The notes under the pieces are model-generated. The model was not told the DNA's origin. It made no database searches and saw only the letters and a list, made by a program, of their open reading frames with translations. Shown here one piece after another: positions 11,287 to 22,664 of a stretch of 34,192 nucleotides of DNA (the stretch's first letter is position 1; every line of letters begins with the position of its first letter). Source of the stretch: Octopus bimaculoides (lineage: Eukaryota); contig NC_069004.1 of NCBI RefSeq assembly GCF_001194135.2, positions 32,469,973 to 32,504,164 of the forward strand, read 5' to 3'. The position numbers and the translations under genes are program-made.

Positions 11287-11872
11287 GGGTGAACATTGAT
11301 ATTCCCAATAGTGAGGGACCTACAGAGGTGACGAGTGAACATTGATATCAGTGATACTGGAGAGATGATGGGTGAACATTAATATTTCCAATAGTGGAGG
11401 ACTTATAGAGGTGATGGGTCAGCATTAATATCATCTATAGTAAAGGACTTATAGTGGTAATGAGTGACCATTAATATCATTGACAGTAGAGGACTTACAC
11501 AGGCGATGGGTGAACATCATTATTCTTTTCTGCTCTAGGCACAAGGTCTGGAATTTCTAGGGAGAGGGCCAGTCGATTAGATTGACCCCAGTACACAACT
11601 GGTACTTAATTTATCGACTCTGAAAGGATGAAAGGCAAAGTTGACCTCAGCGGAATTTGAACTCAGAAAGTAAAGACAGACAAATTACTGCTAAGCATTT
11701 CGCCCGGCGTGCTAACGTTTCTGCCAGCTCACCACCTTGGGTGAATGTCAATATTACCAATGCAGAGGTGATGGGTGAACAGTAATATCACCAATGATGA
11801 AGGATTTACAGACTTCGAGAAGTGGTGGGTGAGCATTAATATCACCAATACTGGAGGACTTTCAGAGGTCAT
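11287..11872. repeat. 46-bp minisatellite (about 9 units) interrupted by a SINE
   Basis: g(g/a)gtgaacattaatatcaccaatagtggaggacttacagaggtgat-like units start at 11287, 11333, 11370, 11416, 11462 and 11508, and resume at 11739, 11773 and 11827. Confidence 0.88.
11516..11738 (-). mobile_element. SINE family B, full length, inserted in the 46-bp array
   Basis: Reverse complement reads aaggtggtgagctggcagaaacgttagc..ccttgtgcctagagcagaaaagaataatgatg; gggtgaa on both flanks is a possible TSD. Confidence 0.92.
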
Positions 11873-12277
11873 AGAAGCTGAGCCTACTTTTCTGACTAAC
11901 ATATGAAAGCAGATGTACGTGCATACATGCATTCATGCACACAAAGAGAAGAAATCAATTTAGAAATATTAAAAAGGAAATGTATGTAATAATTCAGTCT
12001 GCCTGTCTCTGTCTCTTTCTTTCTTTTGCTCCCTCTCTCATTCTTTCTTTTGCTCCCTCTCTCACTTCCACTCTCTCGCTTTCACACTTTCACCATCTTA
12101 GATACACAAAGGAAATATTTCAGAAACATGCGGGAGTATGAGGTATTCATACTCATTACACTCACACATGGACACAAACACGCATGCATACACACACACT
12201 TACACGAACATAAAAGTGACCACGTATACACCCTAACAATCAACTGCTCACACCATATGCTCGTGCAAACACATTTA

Positions 12278-12312
<35 letters not shown>

Positions 12313-12924
12313 ACACATATACGCACATATCCACACTTACAGAAACAAAATATATATCAGTGTTCAATAACTTTCTATTGAATGTCTTTCTAAACAGGTG
12401 AATTATCGATTTCAACAATGCCCACTTCTTAACTAACAAACGTTCTACCCCTCCCCACCAACCTTCTCACTGCCCCTCCTCTCCCTTTTTTCTCTCTGTT
12501 CACCTCTAAATTTATCTATATCTAGCTGTCAAAAACCATACAGTGAGAGAAACAAAATACAACCCAATCGATTCAGACACACTCGCATACACATACAAAC
12601 ACACACATACACATACAAACACACACACACACACATACAAACACACACACACACACGATGATGTACACTTGCATACGCATGCTGCTTTCATATATACACA
12701 CAGACAATGTTCTACCAGTTTGTCTTTCTCTCTATCTATTTATGTATTTATATATGTAGCTATCTCTGTACTTTTGTGTGTGTGTGTGTGTGACATTCTT
12801 TTCTATGGATACTCAATTCTTTGATTGAATTGTAGAGGTTTCTGTCATGACCTGCTGCATGTATTGGTCACTTTTAGATCTTAGACCTGGCAGAGTCCAT
12901 TCCTCCCCAGATCTTACCGCAGAC

Positions 12925-13126
12925 AACTTCTTCCAAAAAGAGAAACTCGCTTGCATATCTCAGATGGAATTTGTTGAAGCAGACTTTCTGTGGCTGCATG
13001 CTCCTCTCGTTTACTTGACCGCACATGTTATCACGGAAGGTAGGAAATGACTGACACTGCTTGTATGACAGTGACACTCGTTTTACATAAAGACAACATA
13101 GTACAAACACACATGTGCACGTGCAT

Positions 13127-13181
<55 letters not shown>

Positions 13182-13430
13182 CTTCTGAATTGATGTATGA
13201 GTGGCATAGACATGTATCCTCTTAATGTAGTTCTCAAGCAGTATCTTTGTGACAGTGTGTAACAAGGCTGTTACCTTTTTAAATCTGCTTGACAGGTTTC
13301 TGTACAGTTTCCATTTGCCCAATTTCACTTACAGTGTATGGGTGGACCTAATCTTAAAGAAAAGGACATCTTGGGGCAAATGTCATCACCACCCTCAGAT
13401 CCACTCATTTGTTGAGAGGGAAAATGAAAA
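12925..13430 (-). mobile_element. Diverged SINE family A with tail type 2
   Basis: gcttgcat..cagatggaatttgttgaagcagactttc..gacactgcttgtatgacagtgacactcg (reverse-complement tail 2); (CA)n hinge at about 13127-13178; cagtttccatttgcccaatttcacttacag..gacatcttggggcaaatgtc (reverse-complement head/CORE). Confidence 0.55.
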
Positions 13431-13547
13431 CTTGCTTATATAGTTAACAGTATGAAGCTTCACAGCAACAGGGACAAGTAAATGGGTATTTACGATGTTC
13501 ATGCCTCTCTTGTGAGCATTTACCATATATGGGGGAAGTAGTGTTTT

Positions 13548-13748
13548 CATCATCATTATTGGCTTCATCTAATGTCTGGCTTCTCTGCTGGCATAGGTTG
13601 AATGACTCCACAATATCTAATGAGTTGGAAGATGTGTTATATTCCAGTATCTGCTTTGGCATGGTTTTTATGGCAAAGGTGCCCTTCCTAACACCAACCA
13701 CTTTGCAGAACATGCTGAATGCTCATTTTGTAGCACCAGTACTAGTGA
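13548..13748 (-). mobile_element. Diverged RTE-type 3' end
   Basis: catcatcatt..ctgctggcataggttga..ttggcatggtttttatggc..gtgcccttcctaacaccaaccac. Confidence 0.65.
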
Positions 13749-14067
13749 TGCTTATTTGGTAATTTGCTGGGCTAAAAGCCTAAAGTGACACTTCTCTTGT
13801 AATTTAATTAAAAAAACAATCATAAACTCTCCATTTTATTGCGCATAAACAACGACATACGATGATAAATTCATCCAAATGTCACGATTGTAATCATGTT
13901 TAGCTGTCGACTTACAAAAAAGATCGCTGATAATGTAACGGAGATAGAATATAATTATCTGTATTTCTAATCAACATGGATTCAAAATTATAATTAATAA
14001 AAGTGTCATGAAGAATACTAGAAGAATTCCAATTCTGGCCATATACTATGATTTTTATGTATTTTAA

Positions 14068-14081
14068 TATTATTATTATTA

Positions 14082-14138
<57 letters not shown>

Positions 14139-14205
14139 ACAGCAATAATAATGACAGCATTGATAATAATGACAGTGTTATTAATTATTATTTATATTAT
14201 TATTT
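14068..14205. repeat. (ATT)n microsatellite with degenerate extension
   Basis: Long attattatt run; accounts for the poly-Ile ORFs. Confidence 0.9.
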
Positions 14206-14919
14206 TTACTTTGGTGTTAGTTTGACCTATAAGCCTAGATTTCTACCATTTGATTATCCGCAAAGACAGAAGTTTGATGGCAAACTGATAAAGGCCTATA
14301 AACTTCACTTATGAACTCCCCAGATAATGATATGCGTGCGTTTGTGCATATGTATGTGTTTGTGCACCTCCGGGTGTGTATTTGTATTTGTACATGTGTG
14401 TGTGTGTTTGTGTGTATTTGTGCATGTATGTGTGTTTGTATTTGTGCATGTTTGAGTCTATGTATGCATGTGTCTGTGCGTATGTGTGTATATCTGTTTC
14501 TGCATATTGCTATGTGTTGGCTTGATCAGATGCATCTTTGACACGTGTGTGTTTGTGTGTATGTATGTGTACATGTTTAATGTGCATGCGTGTGCTTTCA
14601 AGATATTTGTCTATGTATATATGCTTACAACATGTTTTTGTACTTGCTTACGTATTAGCATATGCATAATGCACACTAATCAAAAAAAAAAAAAACGAAC
14701 TCACACACATACAGATACACATACACTCTTGCAGTCACATACATTCACACATACATACAGACACCCCTAGTGTAGATACACACATGTATGTGAACATACA
14801 AACACCCATGCACACATTTCTATATCTTGCATTGAATCCTCTACTTCCTTATATACAATTATATTCATGTGGTTTAATATATGCATTAATGATATGAAAA
14901 TGTGTGTATGTATATAAAT

Positions 14920-14954
<35 letters not shown>

Positions 14955-14955
<1 letters not shown>

Positions 14956-15232
14956 GCACAGGCATGGCTGTGTGGTAAGAAGCTTGCTTTTCAACCTCAT
15001 GGTTCTGGGTTCAGTCCCATTGTATGGCACCTTGGACAAGTGTCTTCTACTATACCCTCAAGCTGACCAAAGCCTTGTGAATGGATATGGTAGAGGGAAA
15101 CTGAAAGAAGCCCTTCGTGTATATATATATATATTAAGTGCTGGGGTCAATTTGCTTGACTAAAACCCTTCAAGGTGGTGCTCCAGCATGATCACAGTCA
15201 AATGATTGAAATAAGTAAAAGAATAAAAGAAT
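14955..15232 (+). mobile_element. SINE family A with internally deleted tail type 1
   Basis: tggctgtgtggtaagaagcttgc..gggttcagtccc..ggcaccttggacaagtgtcttctactata..gaaagaagccc, (TA)n, then gtgctggggtcaatttgcttgactaaa..ctccagcatg..gtaaaagaataaaag. Confidence 0.87.
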
Positions 15233-15432
15233 ATATATATATATCACCATCATCATTGTTTAGCCCTTTTGATTATGATTTTTATTCCGGTAGACTCCCC
15301 ATAGCCATTTGACGTGCAAATCTAGTTTTATAGTTTGAATCTCATTAAGATCAACTTTGTTATTTGTCGTTCTTGGATTGATAGATTAAAGAACAATTCT
15401 AGTAGAGGGGATAGGGGTCAGTGTGATCGACC

Positions 15433-15659
15433 CAATATTTCTCAACCATTTTTTGCCTATGGACCTCTTCGATTCCTGTTTTATTGTGGTGGACCCTCAG
15501 AACCATTCCTTGTTTAAAAACATCAAATTTTATTTTCATAATTAAATTTTATTGGGAATTGTATGAAAACAATTCTTTAAATATATTGCACATAAACTTT
15601 AACACAAAATCTTGTATGAACCCCACAAGGGTTACATGGACCTTGACTGAAAACCACTG
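15433..15659 (+). mobile_element. hAT-like MITE
   Basis: Ends caatatttctcaacc ... gactgaaaaccactg resemble CAGTGGTTCTCAAC-type TIRs; AT-rich core; second copy at 18660-18832. Flanking 8-mers match only 5/8. Confidence 0.6.
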
Positions 15660-16000
15660 GACTAACCCTTTCTTCACCCACATGCTGGCCTTGTGCCTCA
15701 ATTAAAACCTATTTTTATTCTTGTTGTTGTTGCTGTAGAAAAAGCATAATTTTTTTCTGTTTTCTTTGTTTTTCATTTTTGCTTTTATTTGCCGGTGTGT
15801 CTTTCAACATGGCACCACATTATTCTAACTCTAAAGCTTTAAGAACTAAAATAACTTGATAGACTTGCTACACTAATCAAAAGATTCTAGATAAAAAGCT
15901 GTTAAGTAGTTGTGTATGTATGTATGTATGTATGTATGTATGTTAAATGATGTGTGTTTATGTACCTGTGTATGTGTATATGCATTTATATTTGTGTGAA

Positions 16001-16499
16001 ATCATCATCATCATCATCATCGTTTAACGTCCGCTTTCCATGCTAGCATGGGTTGGACGATTTGACTGAGGACTGGTGAAACCGGATGGCAACACCAGGC
16101 TCCAGTCTGATTTGGCAGAGTTTCTACAGCTGGATGCCCTTCCTAACGCCAACCACTCAGAGAGTGTAGTGGGTGCTTTTACGTGTCACCCGCACGAAAA
16201 CGGCCACGCTCGAAATGGTGTCTTTTATGTGCCACCCGCACAAGCCAGTCCAGGGGCACTGGCAACGATCTCGCTCGAAAATCCTACAGGAGCCAGTCAG
16301 GCGGTACTGGCAACGGCCACGCTCAAAATGGTGCATCTCATGTGCCACCCGCACAAGAACCAGTCCAGGGGCACTGGCAACGATCTTACTTGGCTTGCCG
16401 GGTCTTCTCACACACAGCACATTTCCAAAGGTCTCGGTCAGTAGTCATCGCCTCGGTGAGGCCCAATGTACGAAGGTCTTGCCTCACCACCTCGTACCT
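16001..16499 (-). mobile_element. 5'-truncated RTE-clade LINE: ORF C-terminus, 3' UTR and (GAT)n tail
   Basis: 16499-16386 translates RYEVVRQDLRTLGLTEAMTTDRDLWKCAVCEKTRQAK*, the W.EVV..DL..LGL..DR..W pattern of RTE C-termini. The 3' UTR carries a duplicated module and ends ..ggacgttaaacgatgatgat. Confidence 0.85.
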
Positions 16500-16879
16500 G
16501 CATATGTTACGTGTGTTTGTTTTTATGTTGTGTGACTGTATATTTTATGTTATACGTATTTGTTTGTGTGAATGTTTCTGTATCTTATGTGTATTTATGT
16601 TTGTGCGAATATGTATGTATATGTGATGTACGTGACTATATTTGTGTGAATATATGTTTACTAAATAATGTGCATTTATTTGCCTGTCTACCTTAGGTGT
16701 ATGTGAATTATCTGTATTTATGTTTGTGTGAATGTGTATGTAGGTATTAAAGGATATTCCTGTACATGTTATGTGAATTGCCCTGAATTGATGTTTGTAT
16801 GAATGCAATTATATTCTTGATTTATACCCTGTATGTCTCATGTTTTTTTCTTTTATTTAATTATTGGATGAAAGGGTTG

Positions 16880-17260
16880 TGTCCCTGGCCTTAACAGACC
16901 CTTGGAAACCAATGAGATCGATGTGATTAATGTTTCTCTTGAACATTTGAAGCTAATGGCTGCTGCAGGGGGAAAAAAAAAAAACAAGAACAGTGACAGA
17001 ATCTCAGGTGGTTGCTGTTTTGGGGAAGAAAGATTGGGGAGTGTGATTAATATGGGGTATAGGGGTGGATATTTGGTGGACACAGTATAAGTAATAAGCA
17101 GAGGAACGACAAGAGACGAATTGAGAATACCTGGATGATACAAAATGGTACAAGACCAGCTAGTTCCTAGGAGCAAAGACCATTGTAGTTGCAGTAGAAA
17201 AGACAGATTGCAGTAAACCTGTGGGTCAATCAGCCTGGTGCTGTAGGACAGTGCTTCCTA
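16880..17260 (-). pseudogene. Decayed 3' end of a CR1/L2-group LINE ORF2
   Basis: Minus-strand translation CLFYCNYNGLCS*ELAGLVP..SIRL ... SFFPKTA ... LQMFKRNINHIDL, with stops and frameshifts. Confidence 0.7.
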
Positions 17261-17323
17261 AACTGACAAGTACATGACCCACCCCAAATATTCGTCTGTT
17301 GTTTTTTTTCGTAAATTCTCCCA

Positions 17324-17360
<37 letters not shown>

Positions 17361-18467
17361 ATGTATATATTTATGAACAATTTATGTAATTATGTTTGTG
17401 TGAATGTTTGCTTGTCAAGTACGTTTAAACATGTATATGTGTGTTTAAAAGTGTATATGTGTGTTTGTTAAATTATGTTCATTTAAATCTGTGTTAAGGA
17501 TTATGTGTGAATCCATGTCTGTGTGAAATTAAATGCATTTGTTTTGGATTGAATGTGTGTGTTTGTTTACAGGAAGGGATGATGTATATTGCTGCATGCT
17601 ATCGTTTCAAGTTACTAGACTATACACTTGTACATGTGTTTATGCATGTATGTGTGTGTCACCATGGGAAAGCTTACATTAAAACGATACAGATTATGTC
17701 TGTGTGTGTGTATGTGAAGTAGGGATATATGATATTATCATAAGACTAACCTAACAGATATTTCACAAGCTGTCAACTTAATATGAAATAAAAACAGTCC
17801 AGTCAAGAGCTTGTGTGTATGTGTATGTGAAAAGATATAGAAATGTTGCCTTGTGGAAATGACAGGGACATCTGAAGTGTATTGATCTTAAGTTTTTTTC
17901 CCCTCTCCAATGGAACCATCGTCACCTTCTTCATGTGTCACTTGAAGAACCAGAGAGACAAGAAACTGAACGATGATAAAGAGAAGTTCTGCTCTTGATG
18001 TAACAACATCTCTATTTCTGAATAAATATGGAGATGGAATCAGAACCATATGTTTAATGAACATATATGTATGTGTATTTATGTATGTGTGTGTATTATT
18101 TGGTATTATTGATCAACTTGTTGAATAACAAAACATTTTCTGATGGTGGGACTCTATGCATTTAGTAGAGTTAAATTTATTGATAAAAATCAAGTTGATT
18201 GGGACTTCATGTTTTACCCTTAATGGCTTATTCAACCAGACTGGCTGAATATGCAATTAAAGGGCAAAACATGAAGTCTCAATCAGCTCAATATTATCAA
18301 TGTGTATAAACACTGAAGAGGTGAATTAATAAGCAATTATGTAATCCTGACAGTTAATTTGCTGAAACACAAGTATATTTTATAAAGCATAAAATACCAT
18401 GTTTTCTCTGTTTTATACTATATATCTGTGCATGCGTGTCTGGTATGTGTGTGTAAGTTTTTATATA

Positions 18468-18653
18468 TTGCTCCAGTTCGTTCAACTGTAGAAATGAGGT
18501 GTGACATCCCTTGGATAACATCGGTGGCATGAAGAGAGGAGACTGGTATGTATGGGTGACTGCTGGTCTTCCATAAACAACCTTGCTCAAACTTGTGCTT
18601 TGGAGGGGAAATTTCTTGGTGCAGTCTCATGGTCATTTTTGACCAAAGGGGGC
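18468..18653 (+). mobile_element. SINE family D, central and 3' part
   Basis: ttgctccagttcgttcaactgtagaaatgag matches the module following the head at 31225-31370; then cccttggataacatcggtggc..ctgctggtcttccataaacaaccttgc..catggtcatt..gaccaaaggggg. Confidence 0.6.
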
Positions 18654-18659
18654 TTTTGT

Positions 18660-18832
18660 TTTACTTCTACAATACACCAAATATTTTAGCAATTTTTTTA
18701 AATACAATTCCTAATAATATTTAATTATAAAAATATAATATAATTTTTAAAATACTGAATAGGATTGAGGGTCCACCCAAGTAAAATAGGATCAAAGGTG
18801 TCTGTCGGCAAAAAAATGTTTGAAAACCACTG
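18660..18832 (-). mobile_element. Partial second copy of the hAT-like MITE
   Basis: Reverse complement cagtggttttcaaacattttttgcc..ttttacttgggtggaccctc aligns with 15433-15580. Confidence 0.6.
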
Positions 18833-19049
18833 CTCTGGTGTGTCATATATTTAAAAAAACATTTAGTGCAGCTGTGGAAGTTTGCCCCATGGTCAAAGCA
18901 TAGGAGTGGCTATATCTGCTGACTATATCTTTCTTAGACTACAAGGCTCTTGAGGTATCAGTTTGCCATTTTAGAGATTTAAAGTTGTTGGTGGCTAACA
19001 GTTCTTTCTTTTGAAGAGTGTTATTTTCCAAAGTGCCTGGAAGAGTCTG

Positions 19050-19400
19050 GAAGAAGGGGCAGTGCCCATGACCCTTGCTGGCCCTCTGAAATAAGTGAGA
19101 TTGTTGTCATTAATGTTCTGTTTAAACCGTTGCAGGTTAATACTGGTAAGAAAGACATTCACAGGAAGAGAATTCCAAAGGGACTATGGTCTGCAGTGAA
19201 AGGATTAGGTATAGTAATTAGTGCAAGGCCAGTAAGAGTGGTGGTGGTGGTGGATACAACAAGGGTTAGAGAGGTGGAGTGTGAAAAGGGTGGAAGTACA
19301 CGATCAGCTATCTTTGAGAAGCAGAGGCCACTATAGTTGCGATAATAAAGACAGAGAGGGACACAGCTCATTAGGAAATGTTGAATTTACTTTAGGCATC
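19050..19400 (-). pseudogene. Second decayed CR1/L2-group LINE ORF2 3' end
   Basis: LCLYYRNYSGLC..IADRVLPP (in ORF 19159..19371), then after a frameshift 19180-19100 reads LWNSLPVNVFLTSINLQRFKQNIN. Confidence 0.75.
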
Positions 19401-19460
19401 TGAACAGAAAATGCTGGAGCAGTTCCTAAATTTGTTTTTCAAGTTGATGTTAATACACAA

Positions 19461-19585
19461 AGAAACACACAATAGGCATGCAGTAGATTCACAGTAGACA
19501 TACAACAGGCATGCTGTAGGCATGCAGCAAGCATGCAGTAGACATGCAGCAGACTTGCAGTAGACATATAGTAAACATGCAATGA
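19461..19585. repeat. 11-bp minisatellite (gcagtagacat-like, about 11 units)
   Basis: ggcatgcagta gattcacagta gacatacaaca ggcatgctgta ggcatgcagca agcatgcagta gacatgcagca gacttgcagta ... Confidence 0.8.
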
Positions 19586-20238
19586 ACTTCAAAATTAGAA
19601 CTTTACGAAGAATAAATACCAAAAAGTTTCCTCCCCACCAGAAAAGAAAAAAGGGAGTAAAATGGGAAAAAGTAAGTGGAACAGAGTAAATAACTATCAC
19701 AGTTTGCAGGAACAAAGTGTTTTGAGGGAATTTTCCTTTGAAAGACCAATTCTTGTCATCTTGAAGGATGTGGTGGAGGGAGATTTGTGGATGGTAGACG
19801 AAGAGGTCAGTCATATTTCTTAATGTGACAAGGTTTATTGTTAGAGAACTTTGGTTTTATAGATTCTAATATATCCTACATCTGTCCATCTGCCACTATC
19901 CACTGTGGCCATTGTCTACTGGCCACTGTCCACCTTAGTCCACAGAGACAAAGATACTGAAGTCTTTTGATGTAATGCTGACATTTCCTCTTGTTTAATT
20001 CTGTGGAGAACTTTCTAATGTCTGAGTTGTATTAAGTCTAAAAGTCAGCTACTGATATTACAAAAGTCTTTAGATATATACACACTCATGCACCCACCCC
20101 CACCACCACCATACACACATACAGACATTTATACCAACATACGTGCAAAGTGTGTGTTATTATTTGCGTGTGTGTACATATGTGTATGTATATATGTGTA
20201 TCTACCTGTCTGTATGTAGATATGAATGTCTGTGTAGA

Positions 20239-20274
<36 letters not shown>

Positions 20275-20314
20275 CATGTGTTATGTATATGTATGTAAAT
20301 GTGTGTGTGTGTAT

Positions 20315-20345
<31 letters not shown>

Positions 20346-20920
20346 TGTATGTGTGCTGTGGTACAAAGAATTATTTGAACAAGAAGAAAAAAAAAATGTC
20401 TTTTTTTTTCCATGATCATGTTTATTGGAAGATGAGAACTTCACAAAAGAATTCTCTGGTTTTTGTGTTTCGAGTCTCTGCATAAAAATGAATTATGTGT
20501 AACTCAGAGTAACAATTAGTGAAGTGTTTACTTCCAAGATAAATGATGATTTTTTTTTCATTGATAGTGACTTTGAAGTTTTGCTGGTCATGGCATGTTC
20601 AAATTATCTATATACAATCATGAGTCAATCAATGCTCATTGCTGTTATGCATGTACGAACATATATATAAAATCACTATATGTATAATTATATGTATGTA
20701 AAAACAGTAATATATATATGTGTGTGTGTGTGTATATGTGCGCGTATATAAATGTCAGACAATGAGAATGAGTGTCCGCATTGGTGGATAAAATTTTTTT
20801 ACTTATGTATTAAGACTATCATGTTTTGAAACTATCTTAATATCTTAACAATTTTTCAAGTTGATCACATGGAGGAATGGTGTTCATCTCCATTTTGGAT
20901 ATGCCATATGTGTGTGTGTG

Positions 20921-20951
<31 letters not shown>

Positions 20952-21012
20952 CTTGACAGGAAGGACAACAAAAGAAAGAAAGAGACCTCGATATTATGCA
21001 AATAGAGGAATT

Positions 21013-21070
21013 TATCTGTAAAAATATTTGACACTTATTCAGCTACTGAATAAGTGTCACATATTTTTAC

Positions 21071-21075
<5 letters not shown>
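21013..21075. other. Near-perfect 63-bp palindrome: 30-bp arms, 1 mismatch, 3-nt loop
   Basis: tatctgtaaaaatatttgacacttattcag-cta-ctgaataagtgtcacatatttttacagata; checked base by base, only 21028/21060 mispairs. Confidence 0.92.
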
Positions 21076-21126
<51 letters not shown>

Positions 21127-21310
21127 GGCATGTTTAAAAGTACATTAGTCAAAAATGTGGTGTTTTCTCTCCTCATTCCTTTCTGTAGAAGAATGTAAGC
21201 TCGAAACATTAAAGACTTCTTCCATTTTTCCTCAGTGTCAAACTAACACACTGTTTGATGTTTCCTTATCTATCTTTGTCTTTTGTTGTTGTTTTTTGTA
21301 TCATTTTGAA

Positions 21311-21379
<69 letters not shown>

Positions 21380-22257
21380 TAAAAGCCTAAATACAAGGTC
21401 TGAAAGATGCACAATATGACAGCACACCTTTGATGCAAGTCTGATGAAGTGCCTCCCTGATGTCTAAAACTGCAAACATTACATAAATTTCCGCATAAAC
21501 TGGTATTGCAATTAGTGTTGGTACAGAAACAATTGCAACAGATTATTAAAAATGTGTTAAAGAATTTTCTTTATCTTATTGTTTGGATCACACACACACA
21601 CACTCACGCACGTACGCACGCACGCATGCACGCACGCACGCACACACACACACACACACTGAGAATGTCACTTTTTTAAAATACTAGGCTGATATGAGAA
21701 ATATTTGCCTGCTATTTCTTGCAGGTGTATTGACCATATAATGGTCAACCTTGTTAGTGTCTACATATAAACATATCTAAGTGAGTAAGCTGTAATTCAG
21801 CGGTGTTGTTATTGTTTCTTACATATCGAATAACCAAAGAGAGGTTCTTTTATAGTTTTGATGTAGGATTCTAGTTGCTTTGTCCATGAGTAATTGTAGT
21901 GTGTTACAAATGTACATATGTATGTATGTGGGTGATTGATTTGTTGGTTGTATATGTGATTACTTGTTGCTTATGTGTGTGTTCGTAAGGATGCTGGGAA
22001 AGTGAACATTAAGACTGGTGCTTGAAGGGAAGAAATATAAACGAAAGAAAAAAAAACAAAATGAATTAAAATTTTCTGATATTTGAAAGAGAAAATAAAT
22101 TAACAAAGCAAGTTTAGTACAAATGTATGTTTATGACAACAGCGAAATTGCATCAAGAAAAGCATGCCAATAAGTGGAAATGATGGTTGACTTGTGCTCA
22201 TGCACTTTAAAAAACAGAGGAAGTCATGACAGGCATGTAAGATTCTAAAATATTTAT

Positions 22258-22651
22258 AGGTGCAGGTGGCATGGCTGTGTGGTAAAAAGCTTGCTTCCCA
22301 ACCACATGGTTCTGGGTTCAATCCCACTGTGTGGCACTTTGGGCAAGTATCTTCTATTATAGCCTCTAGCTGACCAAAGCCTTGTGAGTGGATTTGGTAA
22401 AACGGAAACTGAAAGAAACTTGGCGTATATATCCATGTATGTGTCTCTGTGTTTGTCCTCCATTCACCACTTCACAACTGGTGTTGGTGTGTTTATGTCC
22501 TCATAACTTAGCAGTTTGGTAAAAGATGGATAGAATAAGTACCAGGCTTAAAACAAAAAGTACTGGGGTTAATACATTTGACTATAAATTCTTCAAGGCA
22601 GTGCCCCAGCATGGTCACACTCTAATGACTGAAACAAGTAAAAGATAAAAG
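22258..22651 (+). mobile_element. SINE family A, full length with tail type 1
   Basis: A box, gggttcaatccc B box, ggcactttgggcaagtatcttctattatagcc (CORE-like), short hinge, tail ..gaataagtaccaggc..gtactgggg..gtgccccagcatggtcac..gactgaaacaagtaaaagataaaag. Confidence 0.9.
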
Positions 22652-22664
22652 ATATATATATATG

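Noticed and set aside
11287-11872. CRISPR-like regular array
   Set aside because: Whole units are repeated with no unique spacers; eukaryotic context and no cas genes.
16076-16626. Three overlapping plus-strand ORFs of 120-147 aa
   Set aside because: Antisense to the GC-rich RTE 3' UTR; the real coding remnant is on the minus strand.
18100-18320. VDWDFMF as an L1/Tx1 RT motif
   Set aside because: A single short motif with stops around it; not enough to call.
19640-19830. Plus-strand open frame MGKSKW..DLWMVDEE with a gtcagt donor
   Set aside because: No recognisable homology; another frame gives LEG..VDGRRRG, so a decayed RTE remnant is equally plausible. Unresolved.
20568-20652. Possible plus-strand exon DFEVLLVMACSNYLYTIMSQSMLIAVMH
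   Set aside because: Weak donor (gtacga), no partner exons, and an open frame this short is expected by chance.
21436-21475. ctgatgaag..aaaac as another hammerhead
   Set aside because: No convincing stem II or stem I, and GAAA is absent.
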